DNA of 20,000 bases. Source: an uncultured virus (IMG/VR IMGVR_UViG_3300010885_058768) (taxonomy: Duplodnaviria > Heunggongvirae > Uroviricota > Caudoviricetes). A program made the translations under genes and the position numbers. Shown here one piece after another: positions 8,705 through 17,121 of this stretch. Location of the stretch: the IMG/VR virus record IMGVR_UViG_3300010885_058768, positions 57,289 through 77,288 of that record. The stretch is one strand, 5' to 3'. Each line of letters begins with the position of its first letter. Positions within the stretch are counted from its first letter, which is position 1. The notes below the pieces were generated by a model that saw only the letters and a program-made list of their open reading frames with translations, was not told the DNA's origin and did no database searches.

Positions 8705-10513
8705 GTGCCAGTATACGCTGAAATTGACCCAAATGGTAAGCACGTAGTGCTAACCGCTGACTGGAGATTCAAGGAGCTCTGCAAGAGCGTTCCAGGCGCA
8801 AGCTACAATGGCAAGGAACAAGTATGGAGAGTTCCTGTTTCTTGGGGAACATGCTTGGCCTTGCGTTCAACATTTAGAGATGAACTAATAATCGGCGAAA
8901 ATCTTTCCACCTGGGCAAACAACGAATTAGCTACACGAATCAATCCTGCCAATGAGCTAAGAGACCTAGAGGTGCTGCCTGAAGGAGAAGGCGACCAAGA
9001 CCTTTTCCCGCATCAACGTGCAGGAGTTAAGTTTTTGGCCACAGCTCGCAGAGCTCTTCTTGCGGATGAGCCAGGTCTAGGAAAAACCGCTCAGGCTATC
9101 CGAGCTATCAAGGAGCTACAGGATAGAGGTGAACAGGTGTTTCCTGCGCTTGTCGTTTGCCCGAACACGCTAAAGAAAAACTGGAAGCGCGAGTTTGAGA
9201 GATGGTGGCCTGGAGTCAACGTAGAAGTAATCAAGGGTTCGGCAACACAAAGGCGAAATCAGTTTGAAGCAGAGAACGTTGATGTCTATGTTATCAACTG
9301 GGAGTCTCTGCGCACTCATTCTCGCTTATCGGGATACGGTTCAATTGCACTTGCTCGTTGCATCGAGTGCGGAGGCCACGATGAAAAGGTCACGGCCAAT
9401 CGTTGTGAGGTTCACCTACGAGAATTAAACAAAATCGACTTCAAGGCTGTGGTGGCCGATGAGATTCACAGGTCAAAGGAGCCTAAGTCTAAACAGACTA
9501 GAGCTCTGTGGGCCGCAACGGGAAACGCAGACATTAGATTTGCACTTACTGGAACACCTATAGCTAATAACGTGCTAGACCTATGGGCGATTCTTCACTG
9601 GATAGCTCCAGAGGAGTGGCCAAGTAAGAGTCGCTGGATTGACCGCATGATTGACATAATGCTAAACGCGTTTGGTGGAATGATGGTTCTTGGTGTAAAG
9701 CCTCTAATGGAGCCAGAGTTCCATGCGTCTATAAATCCTAGAATGCGTCGAATGCTAAAGGCTCGCGTGCTTCCATGGCTGCCTGAAATGATGTTCGAGA
9801 GACGTGATGTCGAGATGTCTACTAAGCAGAAGAAAGCTTACGAGCAGATGCGCGACAACATGATTGCAGAACTTGAAAACGGAGAGGCTATCACGGCTCC
9901 TAGCGCGCTGACTCAAACTACGCGTCTATTACAGTTCGCTAGTTCATACGCAGAGAACACATTTGACGAGGTCTCAGGTGAAACTAGAACTGTGTTGACA
10001 GCTCCGTCTGCCAAGGTTGATGCTCTAATGGAAGACATTAGCAATGGAGACTTTGGAGATGACTCTGTCGCAGTGTGCGCGGTGTCTAGACAGCTAATTG
10101 AAATTCTTAGCGCTGAGCTAACAAGCGCTGGAATAGCCCATGGACTAATTACAGGTGCTCAAAATGAAGATGAACGTCAGAAGTCAATTGACGACTTCCA
10201 GTCCGGTAAAACTAAATGGATTCTGTTTACAGCTCAGGCTGGAGGTGTCGGTGTGACCTTGACTGCAGCTCGCAGACTAGTTATGCTCCAGAGACCTTGG
10301 TCTCTAGTCGACCACAAGCAGGCTCTAGATCGAATCCATAGAATTGGTTCCGAAATACACGATTCAGTAGTTATAATGGACTATATAACTGAAAACACGA
10401 TTGAGGAACGAGTACTTCAAGTCTTAGAAACTAAGGCTGATAACTTCGAGCAAATCGTGAAGGATAAAGACAAATTACTAGCGATGCTCAAGGACGACAA
10501 GGAAAGCAAATAA
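8705..10513 (+). CDS. SNF2-family DNA helicase/translocase
   Basis: LADEPGLGKT, DEIH, LTGTPIAN, AGGVGVTLTAA and QALDRIHRIG motifs; GTG start with a strong RBS. Confidence 0.93.
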   Translation: MPVYAEIDPNGKHVVLTADWRFKELCKSVPGASYNGKEQVWRVPVSWGTCLALRSTFRDELIIGENLSTWANNELATRINPANELRDLEVLPEGEGDQDLFPHQRAGVKFLATARRALLADEPGLGKTAQAIRAIKELQDRGEQVFPALVVCPNTLKKNWKREFERWWPGVNVEVIKGSATQRRNQFEAENVDVYVINWESLRTHSRLSGYGSIALARCIECGGHDEKVTANRCEVHLRELNKIDFKAVVADEIHRSKEPKSKQTRALWAATGNADIRFALTGTPIANNVLDLWAILHWIAPEEWPSKSRWIDRMIDIMLNAFGGMMVLGVKPLMEPEFHASINPRMRRMLKARVLPWLPEMMFERRDVEMSTKQKKAYEQMRDNMIAELENGEAITAPSALTQTTRLLQFASSYAENTFDEVSGETRTVLTAPSAKVDALMEDISNGDFGDDSVAVCAVSRQLIEILSAELTSAGIAHGLITGAQNEDERQKSIDDFQSGKTKWILFTAQAGGVGVTLTAARRLVMLQRPWSLVDHKQALDRIHRIGSEIHDSVVIMDYITENTIEERVLQVLETKADNFEQIVKDKDKLLAMLKDDKESK

Positions 10514-11448
10514 TGACAACAGTAGAACCAATCAAAATCTCTAACTCTGAGATTCAAACATTCAAGGATTGCCGTCGCAAGTGGTGGTTAGCTTATTACC
10601 GTAGACTGCAACCAAAAAACAAAAACAAGACGGGCGCACTTGCACTTGGTTCTCGTATTCACGAAGCACTTGACATGTACTATTCAACTGGTCAGGATTT
10701 GCTCGAGGCTCACGCAGAACTTCTAAACAAAGACCGTGAACTGTATAAAGCGGAATGGCGCGACCTAAGTGAGCTTGAGTCTGAAGGCGAACTTGGCCGC
10801 ATCATGCTTGAAGGCTACCTGCAGTGGGTAGACGAAGAAGGCATCGACGCTGAGCTAGAAATGATTTCCACTGAGGAGATTATCTCAATGCCTTTGATGG
10901 AAGGCCGCGTAGAGCTACAAGGTAAACTAGACATGCGTGTTCGTCGCAAGGGCGACGGAGTGCGTATGTTTAGAGACTTTAAAACCGTTGGCGGTTCTTT
11001 CTCTGACTTTGCAAACCAGGCTCAAATGAACGAACAGATTCTTACCTACATGCTTCTTGAGTCAGCTCAGAACAAAGAAGGTGAACGTTCCGAAGGTGGA
11101 ATCTTTACCATGCTAAAAAAGGTAAAGAGAACCGCGAACGCAAAGCCTCCGTTCTTTGAACAGATTGAAGTTCGCCACAACGTGTTTACTATGCGTTCGT
11201 TTTGGCAGAGACTGCACGGCACGCTTACCGACATGCTTCGAGTGCGCGATGCTTTAGATGAAGGTGCAAACCCGCAGTTTGTAGCTTACCCGACTCCATC
11301 TAGAGACTGCAAGTGGAAGTGCCAGTTCTATTCAGTGTGTCCGCTAATCGACGACGGCTCTGCGGCAGAGCAGGCAATCAGCGAGCTATTTGAAGAATCT
11401 AATCCGTACGCATACTATGGTCAGGAAGACCCAAAGGGTGATGCGTAA
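10513..11448 (+). CDS. Cas4/RecB-like PD-(D/E)XK exonuclease, probably with an Fe-S cluster
   Basis: SNSEIQTFKDCRRKW, GSRIHEAL, GKLD...DFKT, QILTY and C-terminal CKWKCQFYSVC (1+3 Cys arrangement). Confidence 0.88.
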   Translation: MTTVEPIKISNSEIQTFKDCRRKWWLAYYRRLQPKNKNKTGALALGSRIHEALDMYYSTGQDLLEAHAELLNKDRELYKAEWRDLSELESEGELGRIMLEGYLQWVDEEGIDAELEMISTEEIISMPLMEGRVELQGKLDMRVRRKGDGVRMFRDFKTVGGSFSDFANQAQMNEQILTYMLLESAQNKEGERSEGGIFTMLKKVKRTANAKPPFFEQIEVRHNVFTMRSFWQRLHGTLTDMLRVRDALDEGANPQFVAYPTPSRDCKWKCQFYSVCPLIDDGSAAEQAISELFEESNPYAYYGQEDPKGDA

Positions 11449-11512
11449 TGAAGACTTTATTGCAATTCCGCAATGAGAAAACAACAACAACAAATGAAGG
11501 AAGGATGAGAGT

Positions 11513-12268
11513 ATGTCAGACGTTCAACGTTCACTAACCATAATGGTTTATGGCGAGTCTAAGGTTGGTAAGTCAACCTTTGCTGTTACAGCACCATACC
11601 CACGTCTCATGCTTGACGTAGAAGGCGGACACCGTTTCTTGCCTATCAACGTAAAGTACTGGGACCCACTGCGCGAGGAGCCACCAGTTGCCGACGGCAC
11701 TTGGGACACCTGCGTAGTACCAGTTCGTGATTACGATACTGTCCTAAAGGCTTATCAATGGCTACAGCTTGGTAAGCACCAGTTCAAATCACTTATCATC
11801 GACTCAGTATCTGAGTTGCAGGTTAAGTGTATGGACAACATCGCTGGAGTAAATCAGATGCAGATGCAGCAGTGGGGCGAACTACTTCGTCACATGGGTT
11901 CTCTGCTTCGCGATTTGCGTGACCTAACGATGCACCCTACCGCTCCGCTAGAAGCAGTAGTTCTAACCGCGATGGCAAGACCTAGCCAGGATGGACGCAC
12001 GCGTCCTTACCTGCAAGGACAACTTGCAATCCAGGCTCCGTATTTTTACGATGTCCTTGGAGCAATCAACGTTGAAACCATCCAAAATCCTGACCCAACT
12101 CAACCTCCATACCGCGCTCGTCGCATGTATGTTGAAAGAACTGACAAATACGAAGCCGGCGAACGCGTCCAGGGCCGTCTTGGTCAAATCGTTGAGCAGC
12201 AGGACCTCGGAATCGAGCGTATGCTCGACATGATTTTCGGTCCAAAGACCGAGAGCAAGTCGGTCTAA
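11513..12268 (+). CDS. Sak4-like / AAA_24 P-loop ATPase (recombination or annealing)
   Basis: YGESKVGKST Walker A, LDVEGG, IIDSVSELQ; lies between the exonuclease and the SSB. Confidence 0.82.
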   Translation: MSDVQRSLTIMVYGESKVGKSTFAVTAPYPRLMLDVEGGHRFLPINVKYWDPLREEPPVADGTWDTCVVPVRDYDTVLKAYQWLQLGKHQFKSLIIDSVSELQVKCMDNIAGVNQMQMQQWGELLRHMGSLLRDLRDLTMHPTAPLEAVVLTAMARPSQDGRTRPYLQGQLAIQAPYFYDVLGAINVETIQNPDPTQPPYRARRMYVERTDKYEAGERVQGRLGQIVEQQDLGIERMLDMIFGPKTESKSV

Positions 12269-12314
12269 CCAATCCCGGTTAGTCGATAACTACAGAAAGA
12301 TAAGGAATCTCATT

Positions 12315-12866
12315 ATGAGTTCATTAAACTGGGGAGACCTAGTAAAGGACGCCGGAGAATCTTCCGGCGGTCAATACGAGCCGTTGCCAGACGGTGACTA
12401 CGACCTGAAGGTAATCGAGGCTTCGGCCGCGGTTTCACAGTCAGGTAAAACCATGTTCAAAATCACTACTGAGGTTCAGGCAGGTGCGTTCGCTAAGCGT
12501 CGTATCTGGGACAACTTGGTAGTATCTCCAGACAGCCCAGCTGCTCTAGGCATCTTCTTTTCGAAGATGGCCGCGCTTGGTCTGCCTCGCGAGTACTTCA
12601 TGGGAAACCCAAGCAACGCGACTATTGAAGCCGCTATTCTAAATCGTGCATTCCGCGCGCAAATTGGCTCACGTGTGTGGCAAGGCGCTAAGAAGAACGA
12701 GATTAAGAAGTACTACGTTGCTCCTGCGGCTGGCGTTGCTGCCGCTGTAGCTCCTGCTGCTCCAGCACCCGCTCCAGCACCCGCTGCTGCTCCAGCTCCA
12801 GCACCCGCTCCAGCGCCGGCCGCAGCTCCTGTAGCTGCTGCTGCTCCACCTGCATCGCCGTTCTAA
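12315..12866 (+). CDS. Single-stranded DNA-binding protein (DUF669-like) with Ala/Pro-rich tail
   Basis: YEPLPDGDY...SQSGKTM...IWDNL...NEIKKY pattern, terminal PF, and position downstream of the Sak4-like gene. Confidence 0.8.
   Translation: MSSLNWGDLVKDAGESSGGQYEPLPDGDYDLKVIEASAAVSQSGKTMFKITTEVQAGAFAKRRIWDNLVVSPDSPAALGIFFSKMAALGLPREYFMGNPSNATIEAAILNRAFRAQIGSRVWQGAKKNEIKKYYVAPAAGVAAAVAPAAPAPAPAPAAAPAPAPAPAPAAAPVAAAAPPASPF
12759..12818 (+). repeat. GCTCCAGCACCC-type repeats encoding (AP)n linker
   Basis: Three exact copies of GCTCCAGCACCC plus variants. Confidence 0.85.
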
Positions 12867-12872
12867 ACGGAT

Positions 12873-12916
12873 AGTTGTTGTCCTGGGTTCTCTGATAGAG
12901 TGCCCAGGACGCAACT
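12873..12916 (+). terminator. Long intergenic stem-loop (terminator, attenuator or processing site)
   Basis: AGTTG-TT-GTCCTGGG-TT-CTCT-GAT-AGAG-TG-CCCAGGAC-G-CAACT directly after the ssb stop; no U-tract. Confidence 0.6.
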
Positions 12917-12934
12917 CTAACTTCAAGGACTACA

Positions 12935-14149
12935 ATGAAAATTCTTATGACAGGCTATACAGCCTTGCAGATTGGTAATCCAGTCCGCAGTATTCAAAAA
13001 ATCAACGTTCCAGCATCTATCGTGAAGGCGCTGCGTGACGCCGGACACGAGGTCGATTGGCGGAAGGTCACCGTTGGCGAAGACCTATCTATGTACGATG
13101 TTGCCTGGATAAACTTGGCGCCAATGAACTCGCTAAATGGACGCCATGGAGCGATGGGTACTCTGTACACTTTAGCTTCTGGTCTACCTTGCGTAGGCTT
13201 CTTCGATGACTGGCAGTTCAACGCTGTGTTCAACGGTGCACGCGCGCTAAAGCGTGACACGACTAAGATGCTTTATAAGCACCTGTTTGGTCCAGCAGAC
13301 GCTCGTGGCACTGAGGCAGCTACGCATTTTAGCCGCAAGTCAGTAGACGAGGCTATAGCTCGTATTGAAGCTGTAGACCCGGCTCGAGCAAAGAAAATCT
13401 CCTTCGAGAGATACTACATGTTAGACAAAGACGCAGACGTCGAGCCTTACGAAAAAATGCTCATTGAGTCAGCTAGTCTTCTTCTAAATGATCGTTGGGC
13501 TGAAGGAATGGTTCCAGTGTGTCCAATGTATGGTTTTGGTGATCGTTCACTTGTGCGCAAGCGTATGCCAAAGGACATGGGCGCAATCGAGGCGCTAGAC
13601 CCAAGCCCGACTATTTATGAGCTTCTAAATGAGGTTGCTCCGGCTGCACCTGAAACCAAAAAACGCGGCTGGGTACTTGGCGCGCTTATGCCACACGACA
13701 CCTGGTTAGATAAGAAAACTATTTCCTGGCCTGTAGAAATCGTTGGTAGTCGCAAACTTGTTCGTGAACGCGGCGGTCAGCGCTTTGACACAGAGAAAGA
13801 AGTGCTAGAGTTCTATAACCAGCACTGGGGAATTATGTCTCCGCCTTACATGCACTCTGGCTCAGGCTGGTGGCGTAGTCGTTTTATGTACGCAGCCCGT
13901 GTTGGTTCTATCCTGTTGACTGAGAAGGGTGAAGCCAATGGGCTTGGCTCAGCTTACAACGTCACTCTCGCTCAGGTTGAGAAGATGTCAGACGAGGAGC
14001 TAAAGGCTACAGCAGACGCACAGGCCCAAGCGCTTCGCGCATTTATGCCAACCTATCAAAGCTTCGCTGAACACTGTGTAAGAATCGTAGAACGAGCTGT
14101 GAAAGAAGACAAGGGCCTAAAGCTAAATCCTGACGGCACTCGAGCATGA
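12935..14149 (+). CDS. Putative DNA glycosyltransferase (GT-B fold, T4 beta-glucosyltransferase-like), paralog 1
   Basis: GT-B N-terminus MKILMTG...KALRDAGHEVDW...DLSMYDVAWINLAP...GFFDDW, similar in layout to T4 BGT; C-terminal PPY..GSGWWRSRF; nucleotide-modification gene context. Confidence 0.65.
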   Translation: MKILMTGYTALQIGNPVRSIQKINVPASIVKALRDAGHEVDWRKVTVGEDLSMYDVAWINLAPMNSLNGRHGAMGTLYTLASGLPCVGFFDDWQFNAVFNGARALKRDTTKMLYKHLFGPADARGTEAATHFSRKSVDEAIARIEAVDPARAKKISFERYYMLDKDADVEPYEKMLIESASLLLNDRWAEGMVPVCPMYGFGDRSLVRKRMPKDMGAIEALDPSPTIYELLNEVAPAAPETKKRGWVLGALMPHDTWLDKKTISWPVEIVGSRKLVRERGGQRFDTEKEVLEFYNQHWGIMSPPYMHSGSGWWRSRFMYAARVGSILLTEKGEANGLGSAYNVTLAQVEKMSDEELKATADAQAQALRAFMPTYQSFAEHCVRIVERAVKEDKGLKLNPDGTRA

Positions 14150-15168
14150 GCAAGATTTTGGTGACTGGAATGTCAGCACCACAGGCGTCTCAAAAGGCTA
14201 ACTCTCGAGGTTTAAGTTTTACTAAAGTCGTAGTTGACGCGTTGTCTGAGCTTGGCCACGAGGTTCACTGGTCTCTGCCCTCGCTAGACTGGACTGAGGA
14301 AGACTTGTCTTTATTTGACTCGGTTGTAGTTGGAGTTTCTCCGCTAACGAGTCTAAGTGCTAACTACTCATACGGTGGTCTTCATGCTATTGGAGAACTA
14401 AAGGACAGTGACAAACTTACCCTACTAATCGATGCTCCACAGGTTGCTCAAATAGGTGCGGGTCTACGGGCAGTTAGAAGTAATCCTGATAGCCTCACTA
14501 AGGCATTCTATTCGAATAGGCCAGGGTATCAGCGGGTGACGGATTCGAGTGTCTCTAAAAGGCTTCTAGCCACCGCCGAGTGGTTGCTGGACGAGCAGTG
14601 GCCAACAACTATCTATCCCGAGTTGCCGTGGAAAGATTCCGACTCGACAGAGCAACTTCTTCCTAGTGGAGCTAAAGGTGCGTTAGTTGGAATCAACCGA
14701 GACATCGCTCTAATCGAAAAAGACCTACTTACTGCAAGAAGAGAGAAGTGGGTAGTCGACAGCTACACGACTCCATGGGCTAAGTCTACAGTAAAAACTA
14801 TCTCACTCCCGACTGCTCCTATGAAGTGGCATAAGGGATGTGACGACGTCATGGTCCAAACTCAAATTGCTCGGTCAATTGGAGCACTAATAACTCCTTA
14901 CAGACAAGACGGCACTTGGTGGAGCTACAGATACGCTCAAGCGCTGTCTGCCTACACACCAATAGCTACAGGCTGGCAAGAGAGCGGGAAACTGCACGAC
15001 TCCTGGAGTTTCTTAGCGGCAACTATTGAAAGTGCAAGTCAGAATATACGTGATGGTATTTCTATAGAACAGCGTGAGTCCTACGTGGCGGCCATTCCAA
15101 GTATAATCGAAACCAATAAGAAACTTCAAGACACACTAAAAATTACAAAAAGAAAGGTAATACTATGA
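14146..15168 (+). CDS. Putative DNA glycosyltransferase (GT-B fold), paralog 2
   Basis: KILVTG...ALSELGHEVHW...DLSLFDSVVVGVSP...LLID and TPY...GTWWSYRY are collinear with the upstream gene; ATGA overlap. Confidence 0.6.
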   Translation: MSKILVTGMSAPQASQKANSRGLSFTKVVVDALSELGHEVHWSLPSLDWTEEDLSLFDSVVVGVSPLTSLSANYSYGGLHAIGELKDSDKLTLLIDAPQVAQIGAGLRAVRSNPDSLTKAFYSNRPGYQRVTDSSVSKRLLATAEWLLDEQWPTTIYPELPWKDSDSTEQLLPSGAKGALVGINRDIALIEKDLLTARREKWVVDSYTTPWAKSTVKTISLPTAPMKWHKGCDDVMVQTQIARSIGALITPYRQDGTWWSYRYAQALSAYTPIATGWQESGKLHDSWSFLAATIESASQNIRDGISIEQRESYVAAIPSIIETNKKLQDTLKITKRKVIL

Positions 15169-15653
15169 GCGATAACGTGCTTTTTAAAAAGTGGCTCGAG
15201 AAAACAAGAGAGCTTCAAAAAGAAGTTTACAAAATAGACTACGCCTCAATGGAAGGCGATAGCCCAGAAAACATCAATAACCTAGTTGAGTACATTCGCT
15301 GGAACATGCTTGCCATTGACGATGAGCTAGCAGAAATGCGCCAGGCAATCTCGTGGAAGCCGTGGCAGCATGACGAGCCATACGCAGACCGCGAGGAGCT
15401 AATCAAGGAAGCCGTAGACGTTCTGCACTTCGTGGCTAACATAATCGTAGCTGCTGGAGGAACTGACGAGGTACTAGATGAGTTCTACGTAGCTAAGATG
15501 GAAAAGAACCGTGCAAGACAGACCGCTGGATACAAGGTCAAGGCCGAGGGAATCAAGTGCGTAATGTGCTCGCGCGCGTTAGATGATGTGGCACCTAGCG
15601 AAAATCATCCAAATGTATGCGTAAAGTGTGATGAAGAAGATAGGAACAAGTAA
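15165..15653 (+). CDS. All-alpha (MazG / dimeric dUTPase-type) dCTP/dUTP pyrophosphatase with C-terminal CxxC..CxxC
   Basis: DELAEM..ISWKPW...EELIKEAVDVLHF...KMEKNRARQ..GY; tail CVMC...CVKC. Confidence 0.85.
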   Translation: MSDNVLFKKWLEKTRELQKEVYKIDYASMEGDSPENINNLVEYIRWNMLAIDDELAEMRQAISWKPWQHDEPYADREELIKEAVDVLHFVANIIVAAGGTDEVLDEFYVAKMEKNRARQTAGYKVKAEGIKCVMCSRALDDVAPSENHPNVCVKCDEEDRNK

Positions 15654-16072
15654 TGGGAAGCGTAGATTTTGAATGGGTAAGACAACAGTTTATTGAGTCT
15701 AAAACTAAAATCGTAGTTGGTCTAGCCGTAATGAAGCTACTTGAAACTTGGCAAGAGATTGACCTAACACCAGACCAGGCAAAAGAAGTCTTTGAAATCC
15801 TAGGTTCTTTAGCGCAAGGTCACGCCATAGCAGCGAGCAAACCTGATGAGGTCTGGGTTGGCGCTAGACGTGGAGACCTAAAGGTTGGAGACGAAGTTCG
15901 TGTCAAGCGTGACGCCTACTCTGGAGAGCTAGGTACTCTTCACAATGGGCGCCGAGGAAAAATTATAGCAATTAGAAGTGGTGACATCATCATAAGAACT
16001 CTTGACAACAAGAGTCCATCATTAGATGGAGTACACTACGCTCCTGACCAGTTAGAAAAGAGAATCGTCTAA
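15653..16072 (+). CDS. Hypothetical protein with helical N-terminus and SH3/KOW-like C-terminus
   Basis: DLKVGDEVRVK...HNGRRGKIIAIRSGDIIIR...YAPDQLEK; TAATG coupling at both ends. Confidence 0.7.
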   Translation: MGSVDFEWVRQQFIESKTKIVVGLAVMKLLETWQEIDLTPDQAKEVFEILGSLAQGHAIAASKPDEVWVGARRGDLKVGDEVRVKRDAYSGELGTLHNGRRGKIIAIRSGDIIIRTLDNKSPSLDGVHYAPDQLEKRIV

Positions 16073-16380
16073 TGACAGAAGAATCTAAAAATGAACTTCC
16101 TAGAATTGAGGCTTTGCGTGAGGCTGCAAGAATTATCTCTGGTGATAGAGACGTGCAGTATGGAGCTCCAGAAGATAACCTAGGACGTATAGCTAAGCTG
16201 TGGTCGGTTTTATTTGAAAAAGAGATTACGGCTCAAGACGTGGCGATGGCGATGGTCGCACTAAAGATGGCTCGCTATGTGAACAAGGGAGACTTCCAGC
16301 CCGACACCTGGATTGACATCGCTGGATACGCTGGAATTGGCTATGAAGTTGGCAAACCTAAGAACGAGAGCAATCTATAA
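16072..16380 (+). CDS. DUF6378-like phage protein
   Basis: EAARIISGDRDVQYGAPEDNLGRIAKLWS...DVAMAMVALKMAR...DTWIDIAGYA pattern. Confidence 0.8.
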   Translation: MTEESKNELPRIEALREAARIISGDRDVQYGAPEDNLGRIAKLWSVLFEKEITAQDVAMAMVALKMARYVNKGDFQPDTWIDIAGYAGIGYEVGKPKNESNL

Positions 16381-16385
16381 AATCT

Positions 16386-16424
16386 TTGCAAATGTGACTA
16401 TTTTTCGTATTTATAGTTTATAAT
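16386..16424 (+). promoter_or_regulatory. AT-rich promoter region upstream of the DenV-like gene
   Basis: TATAAT at 16419-16424 followed by a GAAAGGA RBS; the -35 element is uncertain. Confidence 0.5.
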
Positions 16425-16447
16425 GGAATTATTACGAAAGGACAACC

Positions 16448-16987
16448 ATGCAAACATTCGTTCCACTGACAACTAAGTTCTCTGACATAGCGCAGGTTCT
16501 AGACAACAAGCGACTAAACAAGCAGGCACTAGAAGGCTGGCAGATTCTTATGGTTCTGACCAGGCTAAACCCAGACGGCTCACAGCGCGTAGTCAAAGGC
16601 TGGGCGAACCATCCAGCAGTCAAGATGTGGGAAGGCCACGAAGTAGCTCTTCACGACTACATCCAGGAGATGGTTATCGAATGGAAAAAACGTGGCTTCA
16701 AGTCGACCATCGGAGACAAGGCTGCACAGACCATGCAGCACGCCAAGGCTAACGGTTTTGACATCGATACGTACACTCTCCCGTCTTGGATGGTTGACCA
16801 TGAAGTTCATGAACTCGTTGCGGCTAGTCACCGGGTAGCTCTTCTAAACAAAAACTATCAGTGGTACACGCAGTTCGGTTGGCAGGAAGACGACGGAATC
16901 TATCCTGAAGTTTACACGTATGTTTGGCCTAATGTTGACGGCACGTACATCATAGGTGAACCAAGAGCCACTTTAGCCAACAAATAG
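16448..16987 (+). CDS. MSMEG_6728-family / pyrimidine-dimer DNA glycosylase (T4 endonuclease V-like)
   Basis: MQTFVP...LDNKRLNKQALEGWQIL...GWANHPAVKMWEG...EWKKRGF...SHRVALL.K...Y.WP. Confidence 0.85.
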   Translation: MQTFVPLTTKFSDIAQVLDNKRLNKQALEGWQILMVLTRLNPDGSQRVVKGWANHPAVKMWEGHEVALHDYIQEMVIEWKKRGFKSTIGDKAAQTMQHAKANGFDIDTYTLPSWMVDHEVHELVAASHRVALLNKNYQWYTQFGWQEDDGIYPEVYTYVWPNVDGTYIIGEPRATLANK

Positions 16988-17121
16988 AGGTCACCAGGCG
17001 GTCGTAGAGACACTTTCACGCCTGCGCCCAGGTACTAATACCCCCTAAAAATTCAAGAAACACCGGGGCTTTTACCCAAAACTTTTGCTCTAAACCCTGT
17101 AATATTTTTATAGGCGCTGGA

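Noticed and set aside
10513..11448. Cas4-like gene as a sign of a CRISPR-Cas system
   Set aside because: No repeat-spacer array or other cas genes; exonuclease-Sak4-SSB is a standard phage recombination module.
11448..11537. 29-aa TAATG-coupled mini-ORF containing a (CAA)n run
   Set aside because: Low complexity and overlapping the ATPase start. The CAA run is better explained as an unstructured translational enhancer before the RBS, though a real ORF is not excluded.
16995..17024. CAGGCG...CGCCTG inverted repeat as a terminator or structured RNA
   Set aside because: Only a 6-bp stem with a long loop and no U-tract; too weak to call.
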